A stretch of DNA of 64,000 nucleotides, from contig CAWJGT010000003.1 of NCBI GenBank assembly GCA_963842525.1, positions 768,001 through 832,000 on the forward strand. The letters run 5' to 3'. The stretch's first letter is position 1. Each line of letters opens with the position of its first letter. The position numbers were made by a program, and so were the translations under genes. Below the pieces are notes generated by a model. It did not search any database. It saw only the letters and a list, made by a program, of their open reading frames with translations, and was not told the origin of the DNA. Below are positions 29,635-40,874 of the stretch, piece after piece. Source of the DNA: an uncultured Holophagales bacterium (lineage in GTDB: Bacteria > Acidobacteriota > Thermoanaerobaculia > Multivoradales > UBA5704).

Positions 29635-29875
29635 CGGGGCTCCGCCCGGTCAGCAGCGCGTGCAGGTCGTGCGCCCCCCAGACCAGATGGACCAGCCCGA
29701 ACCCGGTGATGCCGCCGCGCACCACGGCGTGCGAGAGGAAATTTCGCAGTGCGACGAACGGAAGCTGGAGCACGGTGCGGTCCCACACGGTCATCCAGGG
29801 CACGAAGATGAGGAGGATCCCCGCTTCGATGCAATAGATGATGAAGAAGAGGCGCAGCAGGGTTGACGGGCGCAT
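29615..29875 (-). CDS. Small membrane protein
   Basis: Two hydrophobic segments (LFFIIYCIEAGILLIFVPW; VRGGITGFGLVHL); overlaps the thiE start. Confidence 0.6.
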   Translation of the reverse strand: MRPSTLLRLFFIIYCIEAGILLIFVPWMTVWDRTVLQLPFVALRNFLSHAVVRGGITGFGLVHLVWGAHDLHALLTGRSPDADPRV

Positions 29876-29902
29876 GGGCCGGGAGATTGTAATCGAACCC
29901 CC

Positions 29903-29996
29903 GGCCGCCCAGGACCAAAAGGACGGCAAGGACAGCAAAGACAGAGGGAGGGGGGTCCTTGTCGTCCTTGCTGTCCTTGCCGTCCTGGGCGGCGGG
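29903..29996. repeat. Inverted repeat built from 9-bp AAGGACNGC units
   Basis: CCGCCCAGGAC..GGACGGCAAGGACAGCAAAGAC versus GTCCTTGCTGTCCTTGCCGTCCTGGGCGG. Confidence 0.7.
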
Positions 29997-30001
29997 TGGG
30001 C

Positions 30002-32488
30002 CTAATCCCGGCGGCGCCGGGGCGGACGTTCGCCGCCGCCCTGATCGCCGCCCCGCGACCGCTCGACCGTCTGGCGCCGCGGGCGCTCCGGCTCGGAGGA
30101 CCGGGTGCTCCGCTCCCGGGAGGCCGGACGCTCCGGCGGCGCCTGCATCCGCGGCGAGGCTTCTCCGCGATCACCGCGGTCACCGCGGTCGCGCGAGGAC
30201 GGCGCCGGCGCCGGCCGCTCGTAGCTCCTGGGCGCGATCACCCGCGGCTCCGGCCGCTCGCGGGGCTCGGGCCGCTCGGTGCGCTGCCGCTCCGTAGGCT
30301 CGGGCCGCTGCGGCCGTTCATACCCGCCGCGCTCCCGGTCGGCGGAGGACGGCCGGACCGGCTCGGGCTCCGTCCGCCGGATCGCCGGCCGCTCGGGCGG
30401 CTCGGCGCTGCGCGAGCGGGGCGTTGGACGGTCGTCTTCCCGCGGGGCGACCCGGATTGTCCGGTCGGGCCGGGGCGCGCCGCCGTCGGCCTCTGGCGCG
30501 GGCCGGTTGATCCGCGGTGTCTCGCGCACCGCCGGCCGCTCGGGTTGAGCGGGGCGAGCAGGATCACTGCCGCGGGTCTGGTTCCGCTCGCGGTCGCTGG
30601 GGACGATCCGGATGTTTCCGTTCGACCCGTTCGGCCGCGGAGCCCCGCCGTCGTCGTCCGGCGCAGGCCGTCCGACCCGCGGGGTGGCTCCCGCGGCTGG
30701 CCGCTGGGGACCCTGGCCAGTCTCGCCGCGGTCACCGCCGCGGTCACCGCCGCGAACTGCCGGCCGCTCGCCGCCGCGCACTGCCGGCCTTTGGGCGCCG
30801 CCGTCATCCCCTGGCACGGGCCGTCCGACCCGCGGCCGGGACCCTTCCGTGGGCGTCGCGCCGGGACGGTTTCCAGTGATCACTCGCGTGCTGGGCCGCT
30901 CGCCCTCGGTCTGCGGGCGCGGCACCTCGCGGGCGACGCGGGGCGTTTCGCCCTGGCCCGGCTCGCGGGGACCGAGCGTTCGCGGGCGCAGCGGCGTGCC
31001 GTCGAGCTGGTTTCCGTCACGGTCGGCCACCACCCTGCGCACCACCGTGTCGGGCAGCTCCGGCCTGCGGGTCACGAACGGCGTCACGTCAGGCAGGTCG
31101 CCACCTCCCTGAACACCGCCGCGCCGTCCGTTGGGCTGATCGCGCAGCACTCGCACCGCCGTCCGCGGGTCGTCCCAGGTGTCCGGCGGGATCGGCCGCG
31201 TGTCGGTGGTGATGATGCCGCGCTCCAGCGGCGTCCGGCCGCGCATCTGGTCGATCGGGACCGCGTGGCGCTGCACGTTCCAGTGGTTGCGCCAACGGTC
31301 ATGGGAGCCGTCCCGGAACCCGTCGCGGTAGCCGTGGCGGTAGCCGCGGAAGTAGTTGCTGGACACGAACGTCCAGTGGTTGAACCCGCCCCAGTCGCCG
31401 CCGGCCCAGCCGTAGACGCCGGAGCGGAAGCCGGAGTGGTACCGCGAGCCGTAGTAGCGGGTGTAATAGCCGGTCGGGCACCAGCCGACGTAGCTCGGGC
31501 CCCAGTACCAGTAGACCCAGGCGGGCGCGAAGCGGCGGCCCGGCTGCCAGACCCAGCCATGGACGGGGAGATAGTCCCAGGTCCCATAGTGGTAGGGAAC
31601 CCAGCCCCAGGGCTCGTAGGAGACCCAGGTCACGCCGCTCGGCGTCCAGGCCCAGCGGCCCTGCCAGTAGGGGCGCCAGCCGACGGCCACGCGCGGACGC
31701 CAGTAGGGGCGGTTCTCGTAGGTGACCCAGCTCCCATGGCGGGCCAGAGGCGCTGCGTCGTACCGCAGGTTGTCGTCGACGTAGCGCACGTCGGCGAGCT
31801 GGTCCTGGTCGAGGTTGCGCGCCCAGCGCTCGAGCGAGTCGTAGGAGCCGGCAGCCTCGACGTCTGCACCGGCCGAACGGTCCCCTTCGAGGTAGATCTG
31901 CTCGTCGGCGCGCACGATCTGCGAGCCGCGGTCGGTCACGACCTCGGCCTTGCCTTTGCGCACCACCACCTCGCTCCACTGCTCCTGGTCGGTGGTGACG
32001 CGGTACGTGCCGAAGTCCTGGACGTAGATCGTGGCGTTCGGGGTCTCGATCCGCGGCAGCTCGTCGCCGAGCGAGTCCTCGGTGACCACGAGCTGGATGT
32101 TGCCCTCGATCAGCCGCACGACCGTGGCGCGGTCGCGGGTGTCGGACGAGGCGGCCAGGTGCTCCAGAACGAGCTCGCTGCCGCCGTCGATGCGGAGGAG
32201 GTTGCGGTCCGCCAGGACGACCTCGACGTGGGACCGCGAGGGGACCTGGAGGCGGTCTCCCGCGAGCACCGGCTGATTGACCTCCGCCGGCGTGCGTGCG
32301 CCCTTCTCCTGGGACGTTCCTGCCTGGACCAGGGTCGCCGACCCCTCCACCACGCGCACATAGCCATAGCTGTCGTCTTGATCGGCGGCCGCCGGCACCG
32401 CCAGGGCGAAGAGCAACCCCAGGGTGAGCCAGAAGCGGGACGCCGGACCGCGGCGGGGATCATTCCGAGTCGTCATGTGGACCTCCAT
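30002..32488 (-). CDS. Secreted FecR-like + DUF6600 protein with a long Arg/Pro/Glu-rich disordered tail
   Basis: Signal peptide, IETPNATI, WRPYWQGRW..WVSYEPWGWVPYHYGTW..WVWQPG..FAPAWVYW. Confidence 0.8.
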   Translation of the reverse strand: MEVHMTTRNDPRRGPASRFWLTLGLLFALAVPAAADQDDSYGYVRVVEGSATLVQAGTSQEKGARTPAEVNQPVLAGDRLQVPSRSHVEVVLADRNLLRIDGGSELVLEHLAASSDTRDRATVVRLIEGNIQLVVTEDSLGDELPRIETPNATIYVQDFGTYRVTTDQEQWSEVVVRKGKAEVVTDRGSQIVRADEQIYLEGDRSAGADVEAAGSYDSLERWARNLDQDQLADVRYVDDNLRYDAAPLARHGSWVTYENRPYWRPRVAVGWRPYWQGRWAWTPSGVTWVSYEPWGWVPYHYGTWDYLPVHGWVWQPGRRFAPAWVYWYWGPSYVGWCPTGYYTRYYGSRYHSGFRSGVYGWAGGDWGGFNHWTFVSSNYFRGYRHGYRDGFRDGSHDRWRNHWNVQRHAVPIDQMRGRTPLERGIITTDTRPIPPDTWDDPRTAVRVLRDQPNGRRGGVQGGGDLPDVTPFVTRRPELPDTVVRRVVADRDGNQLDGTPLRPRTLGPREPGQGETPRVAREVPRPQTEGERPSTRVITGNRPGATPTEGSRPRVGRPVPGDDGGAQRPAVRGGERPAVRGGDRGGDRGETGQGPQRPAAGATPRVGRPAPDDDGGAPRPNGSNGNIRIVPSDRERNQTRGSDPARPAQPERPAVRETPRINRPAPEADGGAPRPDRTIRVAPREDDRPTPRSRSAEPPERPAIRRTEPEPVRPSSADRERGGYERPQRPEPTERQRTERPEPRERPEPRVIAPRSYERPAPAPSSRDRGDRGDRGEASPRMQAPPERPASRERSTRSSEPERPRRQTVERSRGGDQGGGERPPRRRRD

Positions 32489-32696
32489 GTTGGAAGAACC
32501 TCTCGGTCCCCCGTTGGAGCAACTTCCGCGCCACCCCGGAAATTCCTCTGCCTGCGCGCCTTTCCCCCCTGCGCTGAGTATAATGGGCGCGCCTTCGAAG
32601 GGGTGCTACCGTCCACCGCAGGCGTCAAGGCCGTCCACCCGCAGCGGCACGGTCCCGCCAGGTTGCGGCCCCTTCGACATCGCGGAGGCTTCTCCC

Positions 32697-33587
32697 TTGG
32701 GGATCAAGAATTGGTTCGGCGGCGCCAAACAGGCCAAGCAGCAGGCCCAGGACAAGGAGCAGGACTACACCATCGACGACCTGATCGTCCTCGAGCGGTA
32801 CGACGAGGCGGCGGACCGTCTGAAGATGCGGCTCAAGCTCAACCCCCAGGACCTGCACTCCCACCTCAAGCTGGCCGAGGTCTACGCCCAGCTCCGGCAG
32901 TTCGACCGGGCGGTCGACGAGTTCGGCTTCGTGGCCGAGGAGTACGCCCAGGACGGCTTCTACGACAAGGGGGTCGCCCTCCTGTCCAAGGCCCAGAAGC
33001 TGGCGCCCATGGACCAGTCGCTGCGCTTCCGGATCGAGCGCATCCAGCGCGAGAAGAGCATGGAGCACGTGCGCGCCTACGCCCTCGAAGGGTTGCGCGA
33101 GGCCGGCGGCCAGCAGGCCGGCACCTCGGCCGTCGAGCTGAAGCGGCTCTGGCACAACCTGGCCACCAGCACCGTTGTGCAGCGCCTGCCGGGCGACCAG
33201 CTCAAGCGGCTGTTCTCCGCCATGCAGCTCGTCCGGGTCGAAGCGGGGACGGCCGTCGCCCAGGAGGGGAGCCGCGAGCAGTTCCTCCTCCTCCTCGTCA
33301 ACGGCGTCGTCGAAAGCTTCGTGCCGCAGGATGGCGGCAAGGACCTGACCGTGCGCAGCTTCACGTCCGGCGATATCATCGGCGAGGCGCCGCTGCTCGA
33401 GCGCGGCGCCTGGCCCGCGGGGTACCGGGCCGTCGAGCCGGTCACGGCCCTGCGATTGACCCGCGAGGGGCTCGAGCAGTCGCTGGTCGGCAACCCCGAC
33501 CCGCGCGGCTTCCTCGACGTCCTGCGCGAGCAGCACCACGACCGCGACGTCGCAGCCACGCTGCGCCGCATCCGGAGCACCGCCTGA
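32697..33587 (+). CDS. TPR + cyclic-nucleotide-binding domain protein (start uncertain, may be 32583)
   Basis: HLKLAEVY..YAQDGFYDKG TPR; QEGSRE..LLVNGVV..GDIIGEAPLL cNMP fold. Confidence 0.75.
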   Translation: MGIKNWFGGAKQAKQQAQDKEQDYTIDDLIVLERYDEAADRLKMRLKLNPQDLHSHLKLAEVYAQLRQFDRAVDEFGFVAEEYAQDGFYDKGVALLSKAQKLAPMDQSLRFRIERIQREKSMEHVRAYALEGLREAGGQQAGTSAVELKRLWHNLATSTVVQRLPGDQLKRLFSAMQLVRVEAGTAVAQEGSREQFLLLLVNGVVESFVPQDGGKDLTVRSFTSGDIIGEAPLLERGAWPAGYRAVEPVTALRLTREGLEQSLVGNPDPRGFLDVLREQHHDRDVAATLRRIRSTA

Positions 33588-34108
33588 TGGCCATTTTGTC
33601 CATCCGCATCTATCCCGATCCGGTCCTGCGCGCGAAATGCCGCGAGGTCACCGAATTCGACGCGCGGCTGCGCAAGCTCGTCCGCGATATGATCGAGACC
33701 ATGCACGCTGCGCCTGGTATCGGGCTGGCGGCGCCGCAGGTCGGCGTCGAGCTGCGGGTCGCCGTCCTCGACCTCTCCGTCGGGGAGGACCCGTCCAAGG
33801 TCCACATCCTGATCAATCCGCGGCTCGTCCAGCGCGAAGGGCTGGAGACCGACGTCGAAGGCTGCCTCTCCCTGCCCGGGATCACCGACAAGGTGGACCG
33901 CCCGTTGCGCGTCCAGGTCCAGGCGGTCGACCTCGAAGGCCGGCCGATCGAGATCTCCGCCGAGGACTGGCTGGCGCGCGCCCTCTGCCACGAAATCGAC
34001 CACCTCGACGGCGTCCTGTTCGTCGACCACCTGCGTGGGCTCCGCAAGGAGCGGGTGAAGCGGCAGCTCAGGAAGCTGGCCGCTGAAAGGGAAGCGGTCC
34101 TGGCGTGA
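33587..34108 (+). CDS. def: Peptide deformylase
   Basis: GIGLAAPQVG, EGCLS, HEIDHLDG. Confidence 0.97.
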   Translation: MAILSIRIYPDPVLRAKCREVTEFDARLRKLVRDMIETMHAAPGIGLAAPQVGVELRVAVLDLSVGEDPSKVHILINPRLVQREGLETDVEGCLSLPGITDKVDRPLRVQVQAVDLEGRPIEISAEDWLARALCHEIDHLDGVLFVDHLRGLRKERVKRQLRKLAAEREAVLA

Positions 34109-34674
34109 GGGCGCGGGAAGGTAGCGCGCGGCGGACCCTCCGGCTCGCCCTGGCCGTCCCCGTCGTGTTGGCCGCGGCTTGCGGCGGCGGAGGAGGCGGC
34201 GGAGGCCCGACCGAGCCGACCCCACCCCCACCACCCCCGCCGGGCATCACCTTCACGGCCTCGGGCGGAGGGGCCAACAGCATCTCCCTCGTCTCCGGAG
34301 CGGCGACCAACCAGACGACCCTCTTCCTCGAGGTCCGCGCCACGACGGTGACCGACCTCTATGGCGTGGCGTTCGACCTGCGCTATCCGAACACGGCCCT
34401 GCAGTTCGTGCGCGCCACGGCCGGCGGCTTCCTGGGCGGCGGCGCCACCCTCCAGGCCATCGAGGCGACCCCCGGCACGATCGTGGTCGGAGCCTCCAGG
34501 CTCGGCCAGGTGGCCGGCGTGACCGGCTCGGGGCTCCTGATGACGCTGGAATTCACCGCCCCCGCCGCGGGCTCGGGCACCTTCAGCTTCGCGGAGAACA
34601 CGGCGCTCAACGCGTCCGGGTCTCCGATGCCGGGCCTGACCTGGGCCGCCGGCACGGTCACGGTGACGCGCTGA
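34105..34674 (+). CDS. Lipoprotein with a cohesin-like beta domain
   Basis: Lipobox LAAAC, Gly/Pro linker, [20 protein letters not shown]. Confidence 0.7.
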   Translation: MRAREGSARRTLRLALAVPVVLAAACGGGGGGGGPTEPTPPPPPPPGITFTASGGGANSISLVSGAATNQTTLFLEVRATTVTDLYGVAFDLRYPNTALQFVRATAGGFLGGGATLQAIEATPGTIVVGASRLGQVAGVTGSGLLMTLEFTAPAAGSGTFSFAENTALNASGSPMPGLTWAAGTVTVTR

Positions 34675-34688
34675 CACCTGCGGCCGAT

Positions 34689-36122
34689 ATGCCAGATCTC
34701 GTCCTCTACAACACCCTGGGGCGCAAGCCCGCCCCGCTCGCGACCGTCGAGCCCGGAGCAGCCCGCGTCTACTGCTGCGGCCCGACCGTCTACAACGAGG
34801 TCCACATCGGCAACCTGCGGACCTTCACGGTCCAGGACCTGCTGCGGCGGACCCTCCGCTACCTGGGCTACAGCGTCCTCCACGTCATGAACCTGACGGA
34901 CGTGGACGACAAGACCATCCTGGGCGCCCACCGGGCCGGCATTTCGCTCGACGAGTACACCGCGCCGTTCATCGAGGCCTTCCTGCGCGACCTCGACACC
35001 CTGCACATCGAGCGGCCGGACGAGTTCCCGCGTGCGACCGAGCACGTGCCGGAGATGATCGACCTCATCTCCCGCCTGCTGGAGAAGGGATACGCCTATA
35101 CGAACGACGGCTCGGTCTGGTTCAGCATCGCCCGCGACCCTGACTACGGCCGGCTTTCGGGCTTCGACCTCGACCAGGTGCGCCGCGGCGAGCGGGTGGC
35201 GAGCGACGAGTACGAGAAGGAGGACCTGCGCGACTTCGCCCTCTGGAAGGCGGTCAAGCCCGGCGAGCCGGCCTGGGATTCGCCCTGGGGGCCGGGCAGG
35301 CCGGGGTGGCACGTCGAGTGCTCGGCCATGAGCATGAAGTACCTGGGCGAGACCTTCGACATCCACTCGGGCGGCGTGGACCTGATCTTCCCGCACCACG
35401 AGAACGAGATGGCGCAGTCGGAATCGGCCACGGGCAAGCCCTTCGTGCGCACCTGGTTCCACGCCGAGCACCTGATCGTCGACGGGCAGAAGATGTCGAA
35501 GTCCCTGGGCAACCAGTACACCCTTCAGGATCTTCTCTCCCGCGGGCTCGCGCCGCGCGCCATCCGTTACCTCCTCCTCTCGGTCCACTACCGGCAGAAG
35601 CTGAACTTCACCTTCGACTCGCTGGAGGCCGCCGCCGGCGCCCTGCGGCGGGTGGACGAGATGCGGTTTCGCCTCGCCCATACTCCTGAGAAAGGACAGG
35701 CCGACCCCGGTCTGGCCGCCGCCGCCGACCGGCTGCGCAGCGACTCCGTAACGGCCCTGGCCGACGACCTGAACATCGCCGCCGCCCTGGGTGCCGTGTT
35801 CGTCTTCATCAAGGACGTGAACGTGGCGATCGAGGAGGGGCGGGTGGGGGAGGGCGACCGGGAGCGGATCCTCGCCGCGCTGGCCGGCATGGACCAGGTC
35901 CTCGGCGTCCTCGATCCCGCCGCCTGGCCGGCCGGGAGCGGGGACGGTGTCGACGAGGCGAATGTCGCGGACACTGCGGAGATCGAGCGCCTCATCCAGG
36001 AGCGCAAGGATGCCCGCCAGCGCCGCGACTTCGCCGCCTCCGATCGCATCCGCGACGAGCTCACCGCGCGAGGGATCATCCTCGAAGACACTCCGCAGGG
36101 CACGCGGTGGAAGCGCAAATGA
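34689..36122 (+). CDS. cysS: Cysteine--tRNA ligase
   Basis: [43 protein letters not shown]. Confidence 0.98.
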   Translation: MPDLVLYNTLGRKPAPLATVEPGAARVYCCGPTVYNEVHIGNLRTFTVQDLLRRTLRYLGYSVLHVMNLTDVDDKTILGAHRAGISLDEYTAPFIEAFLRDLDTLHIERPDEFPRATEHVPEMIDLISRLLEKGYAYTNDGSVWFSIARDPDYGRLSGFDLDQVRRGERVASDEYEKEDLRDFALWKAVKPGEPAWDSPWGPGRPGWHVECSAMSMKYLGETFDIHSGGVDLIFPHHENEMAQSESATGKPFVRTWFHAEHLIVDGQKMSKSLGNQYTLQDLLSRGLAPRAIRYLLLSVHYRQKLNFTFDSLEAAAGALRRVDEMRFRLAHTPEKGQADPGLAAAADRLRSDSVTALADDLNIAAALGAVFVFIKDVNVAIEEGRVGEGDRERILAALAGMDQVLGVLDPAAWPAGSGDGVDEANVADTAEIERLIQERKDARQRRDFAASDRIRDELTARGIILEDTPQGTRWKRK

Positions 36123-36514
36123 GCCAGGGCTTCGAGGAGTTCCAGAGCCAGCCCCACAAGCGTGCCAAGGGGAAATTCGGCGAAGAGGAGGCGGTCCGCT
36201 GGCTCCTCGGCCAGGGCTACGAGATCGTCGAGCGCAACGTCGTCAACAAGGGAGGCGAGATCGACATCGTGGCCCGGGAGGGGGAGACCCTCTGCTTCGT
36301 CGAGATCAAGGCCCGCTCGAACAAAGCCTTCGGTCCGGCCATCGCCGCCGTCGACGCCCGCAAGCAGCGCCGCATCTCCCGCGCCGCCGCCCTCTACATC
36401 GCCGTCAAGCGCCTCCACAACGCCCCCTGCCGCTTCGACGTCCTCGGCCTCGACCGGGAGGGCGGCGGCTGGCGCTACACCCTGATCCGCAACGCCTTCC
36501 CCTACGCCGGTTGA
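36119..36514 (+). CDS. yraN: YraN (UPF0102) family endonuclease-like protein
   Basis: GKFGE, GEIDIVA, FVEIKAR, RFDV. Confidence 0.9.
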   Translation: MSQGFEEFQSQPHKRAKGKFGEEEAVRWLLGQGYEIVERNVVNKGGEIDIVAREGETLCFVEIKARSNKAFGPAIAAVDARKQRRISRAAALYIAVKRLHNAPCRFDVLGLDREGGGWRYTLIRNAFPYAG

Positions 36515-36576
36515 CCCGGAATACGCCGTTCCCGAGCGTGGTTGTCTCTGGAGGCCGCCGCTGGAGGCCTCTGCGC

Positions 36577-36605
36577 TTGACAGCCCCCCGGCCGGTGACT
36601 ATCCT
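36577..36605 (+). promoter_or_regulatory. sigma70 promoter of the tRNA pair
   Basis: TTGACA-17 bp-TATCCT, 16 bp upstream of tRNA-Gly. Confidence 0.75.
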
Positions 36606-36621
36606 TTGCACCTCGTGGCGG

Positions 36622-36696
36622 GCGGGAATAGCTCAGTGGTAGAGCACAACCTTGCCAAGGTTGGGGTCGCGGGTTCAAATCCCGTTTCCCGCTCCA
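36622..36696 (+). tRNA. tRNA-Gly(GCC)
   Basis: GCGGGAA/TTCCCGC acceptor stem, anticodon loop TTGCCAA, GTTCAAATC, CCA end. Confidence 0.97.
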
Positions 36697-36724
36697 GTAA
36701 CTCCGCTTCAGTCCGGCCCTCTCG

Positions 36725-36799
36725 GGCGACGTAGCCAAGTGGTAAGGCGAGGGTCTGCAAAACCCTTATTCATCGGTTCGAATCCGATCGTCGCCTCCA
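36725..36799 (+). tRNA. tRNA-Cys(GCA)
   Basis: GGCGACG/CGTCGCC acceptor stem, anticodon loop CTGCAAA, GTTCGAATC, CCA end. Confidence 0.97.
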
Positions 36800-36829
36800 T
36801 CCGACCTCCAAAGGGAACCCACTCCTAGC

Positions 36830-37294
36830 GTGGCCGAGAGTTACGTCTACAGGAGCCGCGGCTCGTTCGAGGAGGCCCGCATCCATGCGGCGGCCATCTA
36901 TTGCAGCGATGGCCGTTGGGGCAACCAGCTCGACGAGTTCCTGCAACAGGGGCTTCACCTTCCGCGGTACGACCGGCTGGCCTGTCCGGGTGGCCCTGTC
37001 GCCCTGGCGGGCCGGCTGAACGCCTACTGGGAGAGCCGGGGAGTCGAAGAGCAGCTCGCCTTCCTCGCCCGCGTCCACGACCTCCGGCAGGTGGTCCTGA
37101 TCGCGCACCAGGGCTGCGCCTATTACGGGGTCCGGCTGGGCATCCTGCCCTCCCGGATCGAGGAGGAGCAGCGTGCGGACCTGGAGAAGGCAGCCTCGGC
37201 GGTCCGGCGGATCGACCCTCGGCTGGAGGTGCAGTGCTACCTCGCCCGTGTGGTGGACGGCTCGGTCGTCTTCCAGAGCCTTTCGTCGTCGTGA
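36830..37294 (+). CDS. Beta-carbonic-anhydrase-like protein
   Basis: CSDGR and HQGC zinc-ligand motifs, PGG. Confidence 0.7.
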   Translation: MAESYVYRSRGSFEEARIHAAAIYCSDGRWGNQLDEFLQQGLHLPRYDRLACPGGPVALAGRLNAYWESRGVEEQLAFLARVHDLRQVVLIAHQGCAYYGVRLGILPSRIEEEQRADLEKAASAVRRIDPRLEVQCYLARVVDGSVVFQSLSSS

Positions 37295-37399
37295 GGGTCG
37301 TCGTCGCTCCTATCCTCAATTCCCACTAGATCAATAACTTAGAGCTTTTTGAGGCCCTGGTGCGCTGGCGGCATCCGGCATGGGGCATCATCCCTCCCG

Positions 37400-37468
37400 A
37401 TCACGGAGAGCACCCAGCGGCCGATCGGCAGGATCAATCCCGTCTCTTCGGCCACCTGGATGTGCAGT
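37400..37468 (-). pseudogene. Short EAL-domain remnant
   Basis: [18 protein letters not shown] matches the EAL FIPxAEETGLIxxIGxWVL motif with no full gene around it. Confidence 0.55.
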
Positions 37469-37524
37469 AAGCCTGCCCCTCTTCCTATTGCCTTCCCATA
37501 TGGGTTGTGATATTGGTATCCCAT

Positions 37525-37869
37525 ATGAAAGAGATCAAGGCGGATGTGTGGCAAGGCACCCTGGACCTGATGGTGCTCAAAACCCTCGAGACCCTGGGTC
37601 CCCTCCACGGTTATGGAATCGCCCGCCGCATCGAGCAGACGAGCGGCGATCAACTGGTGGTCAACTACGGCACGCTCTATCCGGCGCTCCTGAAGCTCGA
37701 ACAGGAAGGCTATGTCTCGGCGGAGTGGGGCGTCTCGGAAAACAACCGCAAGGCCAAGTTCTACACGCTCACGCGCGCCGGCCGGAAACAGCTCGAAAGA
37801 GAAGCGCGGGCCTGGGAACGGACGACCGGGATCATCGCGCGGTTCTTCTCCTCCGGGGAGACCTCGTGA
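37525..37869 (+). CDS. PadR-family transcriptional regulator (acidobacterial type)
   Basis: [42 protein letters not shown]. Confidence 0.92.
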   Translation: MKEIKADVWQGTLDLMVLKTLETLGPLHGYGIARRIEQTSGDQLVVNYGTLYPALLKLEQEGYVSAEWGVSENNRKAKFYTLTRAGRKQLEREARAWERTTGIIARFFSSGETS

Positions 37870-40527
37870 TGGGCGCGATGAGAAGACATGTGCGCGCCCC
37901 GCTGCGCCGGTTCGCCGCGATGTTCGACCGCGCCCGCCTCGACCGCGAGCTCACGGCGGAGCTCGAGAGCCATCTCGCCATGCACATCGACGACAACCTG
38001 CGGGCCGGCATGACGCCCGTCGAGGCGCGCCGGCAGGCGCTTTTGAAGCTCGGCGGCGTCGCCCAGGTCGAGGAGCGCTACCGGGAGCGCCGCGGCCTTC
38101 CCTTGCTCGAAAACCTGATCCGCGATCTGTGCTTCGCTGCGCGGACGCTGCGCAGGAACCCCGGCTTCACCGCCGTCGCCGTGCTGACCCTCGGCCTCGG
38201 CATCGGCGCCAATACCGCGATCTTCAGCGTCGTCAACGCCGTCCTCCTGCGCCCGCTGCCGTTCCCGCAGCCCGAGCGCCTCGTGCTGGTCTGGGCGACG
38301 AATACGGAGACCGGCGACATGGAAGACGTCGCGACCTATCCCGATTTCGCGGACTGGCGGGCGCGGAGCCGGGCCTTCGAGCGCATGACGGCCTTCACCA
38401 CGCGCGGCATGACGATCGTGGGCCCGGACCAGGCGGAGCTGGTGCCGGCGGTGCAGGTGACGCCCGGCTTCTTCGAGACGCTGGGCATCGCGCCGGCGTT
38501 GGGACGGACATTCCGGCCCGACGAAGGAGAAGCGGGAACTGCCCAGGTCGCGGTGCTGAGCGATAGTGCTTGGAGGCGGCATTACGGAGGCCGCGCGGAC
38601 GTGCTGGGCAAGACGATCCGGGCCAATGAGGAGGCCTGGACGATCGTCGGGGTCATGCCTCCGGATTTCCGTTTCTCTTTCGATTCCGGGCCGCCGGAAC
38701 AGATCTATGTGCCGCTGGTCCGCGACCCGAGCCGCAATCACGGTTTCCTGCGGGTGTTGGGCCGCCTGCGGCCGGGTGCCCCTGTCACTGCCGCCCAGGC
38801 CGAGATGGGTACCATCACGGCGAGCCTTGCCCAGGAATTTCCGGATTCCAACCAGGGAGTCGGAGCGCGGGTCGTGCCGCTCGTGGAGGCTCTGGCCGGG
38901 AAGGCCCGCCTCGCCCTGGTGATGTTCCTCGGCGTCGTCTCGCTGGTGCTGCTGATCGCCTGCACCAACGTGGCGAACCTCCTGCTGGCGCGCAGCGCGT
39001 CGCGCCAGAAAGAGCTCGCTCTGCGGGCGGCTTTGGGCGCCGGCCGGGCGCGGCTGCTGCAGCAACTGGTGACCGAAAGCATCGTGCTCGCGCTGGCGGG
39101 CGGCGCGTTCGGCCTGCTGATCTCGAGTTGGACCGCGTCGCTGCTGGTGAGGCTCCTGACGCAGAGCTTCCAGATTCCACGGATCGAGAGCACGAGCATG
39201 GATGGATGGGTCCTGGGATTCGCCCTCCTCCTGTCGCTCGCGACCGGACTCCTGTGCGGAGCCGTGTTCGCACCCGTCGTCGTGTCGGCGAGCCTGGAGG
39301 AGAGCTTGCGCGAATCGAGCCGGACCTCCACGGGGAGCCGCGGCGGCCGGCGTCTCCGCAGCACGCTGATCGTGACGGAGACCGCGCTGGCGCTGGTCCT
39401 GCTGGCCGGCGCCGGGCTGCTTCTGAAGAGCCTTCTGGTGCTGCACAACACGGCACCGGGGTTCAAGGCGGAGGACGTGCTGACGGTGGATTTCTTCCTG
39501 CCGAAGAACAAGCTCTCCCAACCTCTCGAACGACGGAGGTTCTTCGAGGACGTCCTGGCGCACGCCGGGACGCTGCCCGGTGTGCGCTCGGCCGCGCTCG
39601 TCGCCAACCTGCCCATGAACGGCGGCTGGGACTCAATTGCAATTCCACGTGACGGGCCGGCCGGATCCGGCTCCTGACCAGGGATTCAGCGCGAATTTCA
39701 ACATCGCGAGCCCCGGCTACTTCCGGACCATGGGGATTCCTCTGCGTGCGGGCCGGGAATTCGCCCGGCAGGAGACTGAGACGGCGGGCGGAGTCATCGT
39801 CGTCAACGAGTCGGCGGCCCGCGCGTTCTGGCCGGATACCGACCCGGTCGGCAGGACCATCGAGCTGCCCGTCGACGACGAAACGACAGTCACCCTCACC
39901 GTCGTCGGCGTCACCGGCGATGTGCGGCAACTGGGGCTCGGCAGCGCGCCGCAGCCCGAGATCTTCCTCAACTCCATGCAGCCCGGCCCGCCCTGGCAGT
40001 GGCTCACCCTCGTCGTCCGCATGGCTCCGGAGCGGGCAGCGGCTTTGAAAAACGCCGGGTGGTCCGTGGACCGTGACGTGCCCATCACCCAGGTGCGCAC
40101 GCTCGACGAGGTGCTCTCGGCCTCCCTGGCGGAGCCCCGCGTCTACACGCTGTTGCTCGGCGTCTTCGCGGCGCTCGCCCTGATCCTGGCCGCGATCGGG
40201 CTCTATGGCGTCGTCTCGTACACCGTGACGCAGCGGACGTCCGAGATGGGAGTCCGCCTGGCGCTCGGCGCCGAGCGCAGCGCCCTCGTGCGGCTGGTCC
40301 TGCGGCAGGGCCTGAGCCTGACGCTGATCGGCACCGGGATCGGGCTCGTCGCAGCCCTGGCGGTGGCTCAGCTCCTCACCCGCTTGTCGCCCGAGATCCA
40401 GCCGGGCGACCCGCTGACCCTGTCGGCGGTCTCGGCCCTGCTGCTCGGCGTGGCGTTCATGGCGGCCTACCTGCCCGCGCGGCGCGCCTCGCGCGTCGAC
40501 CCGACCGTCGCGCTGCGGTACGACTAG
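37869..40527 (+). CDS. ADOP-type duplicated ABC permease (MacB/FtsX-like); frameshift near 39635
   Basis: [82 protein letters not shown]. Confidence 0.92.
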
Positions 40528-40599
40528 AGCCGCCCGGTGGAAGGGCGTCCAACAAAAGCTCCCGACTTGGTGTCTTTCTCTCCAGGAGCGAGGAGGGTG

Positions 40600-40874
40600 T
40601 AGAATCAGTCTGCTCTTTGAAAACCGAAGCTCAACGGCCGGCACAGGCCCCCTGCTCTGGGCAAAAGCCATGCCTGACAAGAAACGCGCCAGCGCCAAAA
40701 CGCCAATTTGGCCGGCACATAACTGCTCACCTGGATCTTGAACGGGCTCAGAGGGTTAGCCTCCAAGGAGGTTTGCCCGGACGGAAAAAGCCGAGCTCGT
40801 CGAGGCTCCATTTTCGGAGATAACCGCTCGAGCCACCTTAAGTCCTGTAGAATCAAGAGCCTGGAAGTGCCGCG
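40600..40874 (+). promoter_or_regulatory. Putative CRISPR leader
   Basis: Non-coding, less GC-rich stretch before the first repeat, containing GCTCTTTGAAAAC and TAAGTCCTGTAGAATCAA. Confidence 0.55.

Noticed and set aside
29996-34108. Very long ORFs such as 29996..34108, 20679..23651, 928..2823 and 5667..7850
   Set aside because: Antisense or off-frame shadows of real genes in high-GC DNA, with Arg/Pro/Gly-rich translations and no motifs (only the def part of 29996..34108 is real).
36622-37470. Integrative element at tRNA-Gly/tRNA-Cys
   Set aside because: No integrase and no duplicated tRNA 3' end noticed in the window; only a short EAL remnant follows.
37525-40527. PadR + orphan permease as a novel system
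   Set aside because: This is an already described, common acidobacterial pairing (ADOP permease with PadR).
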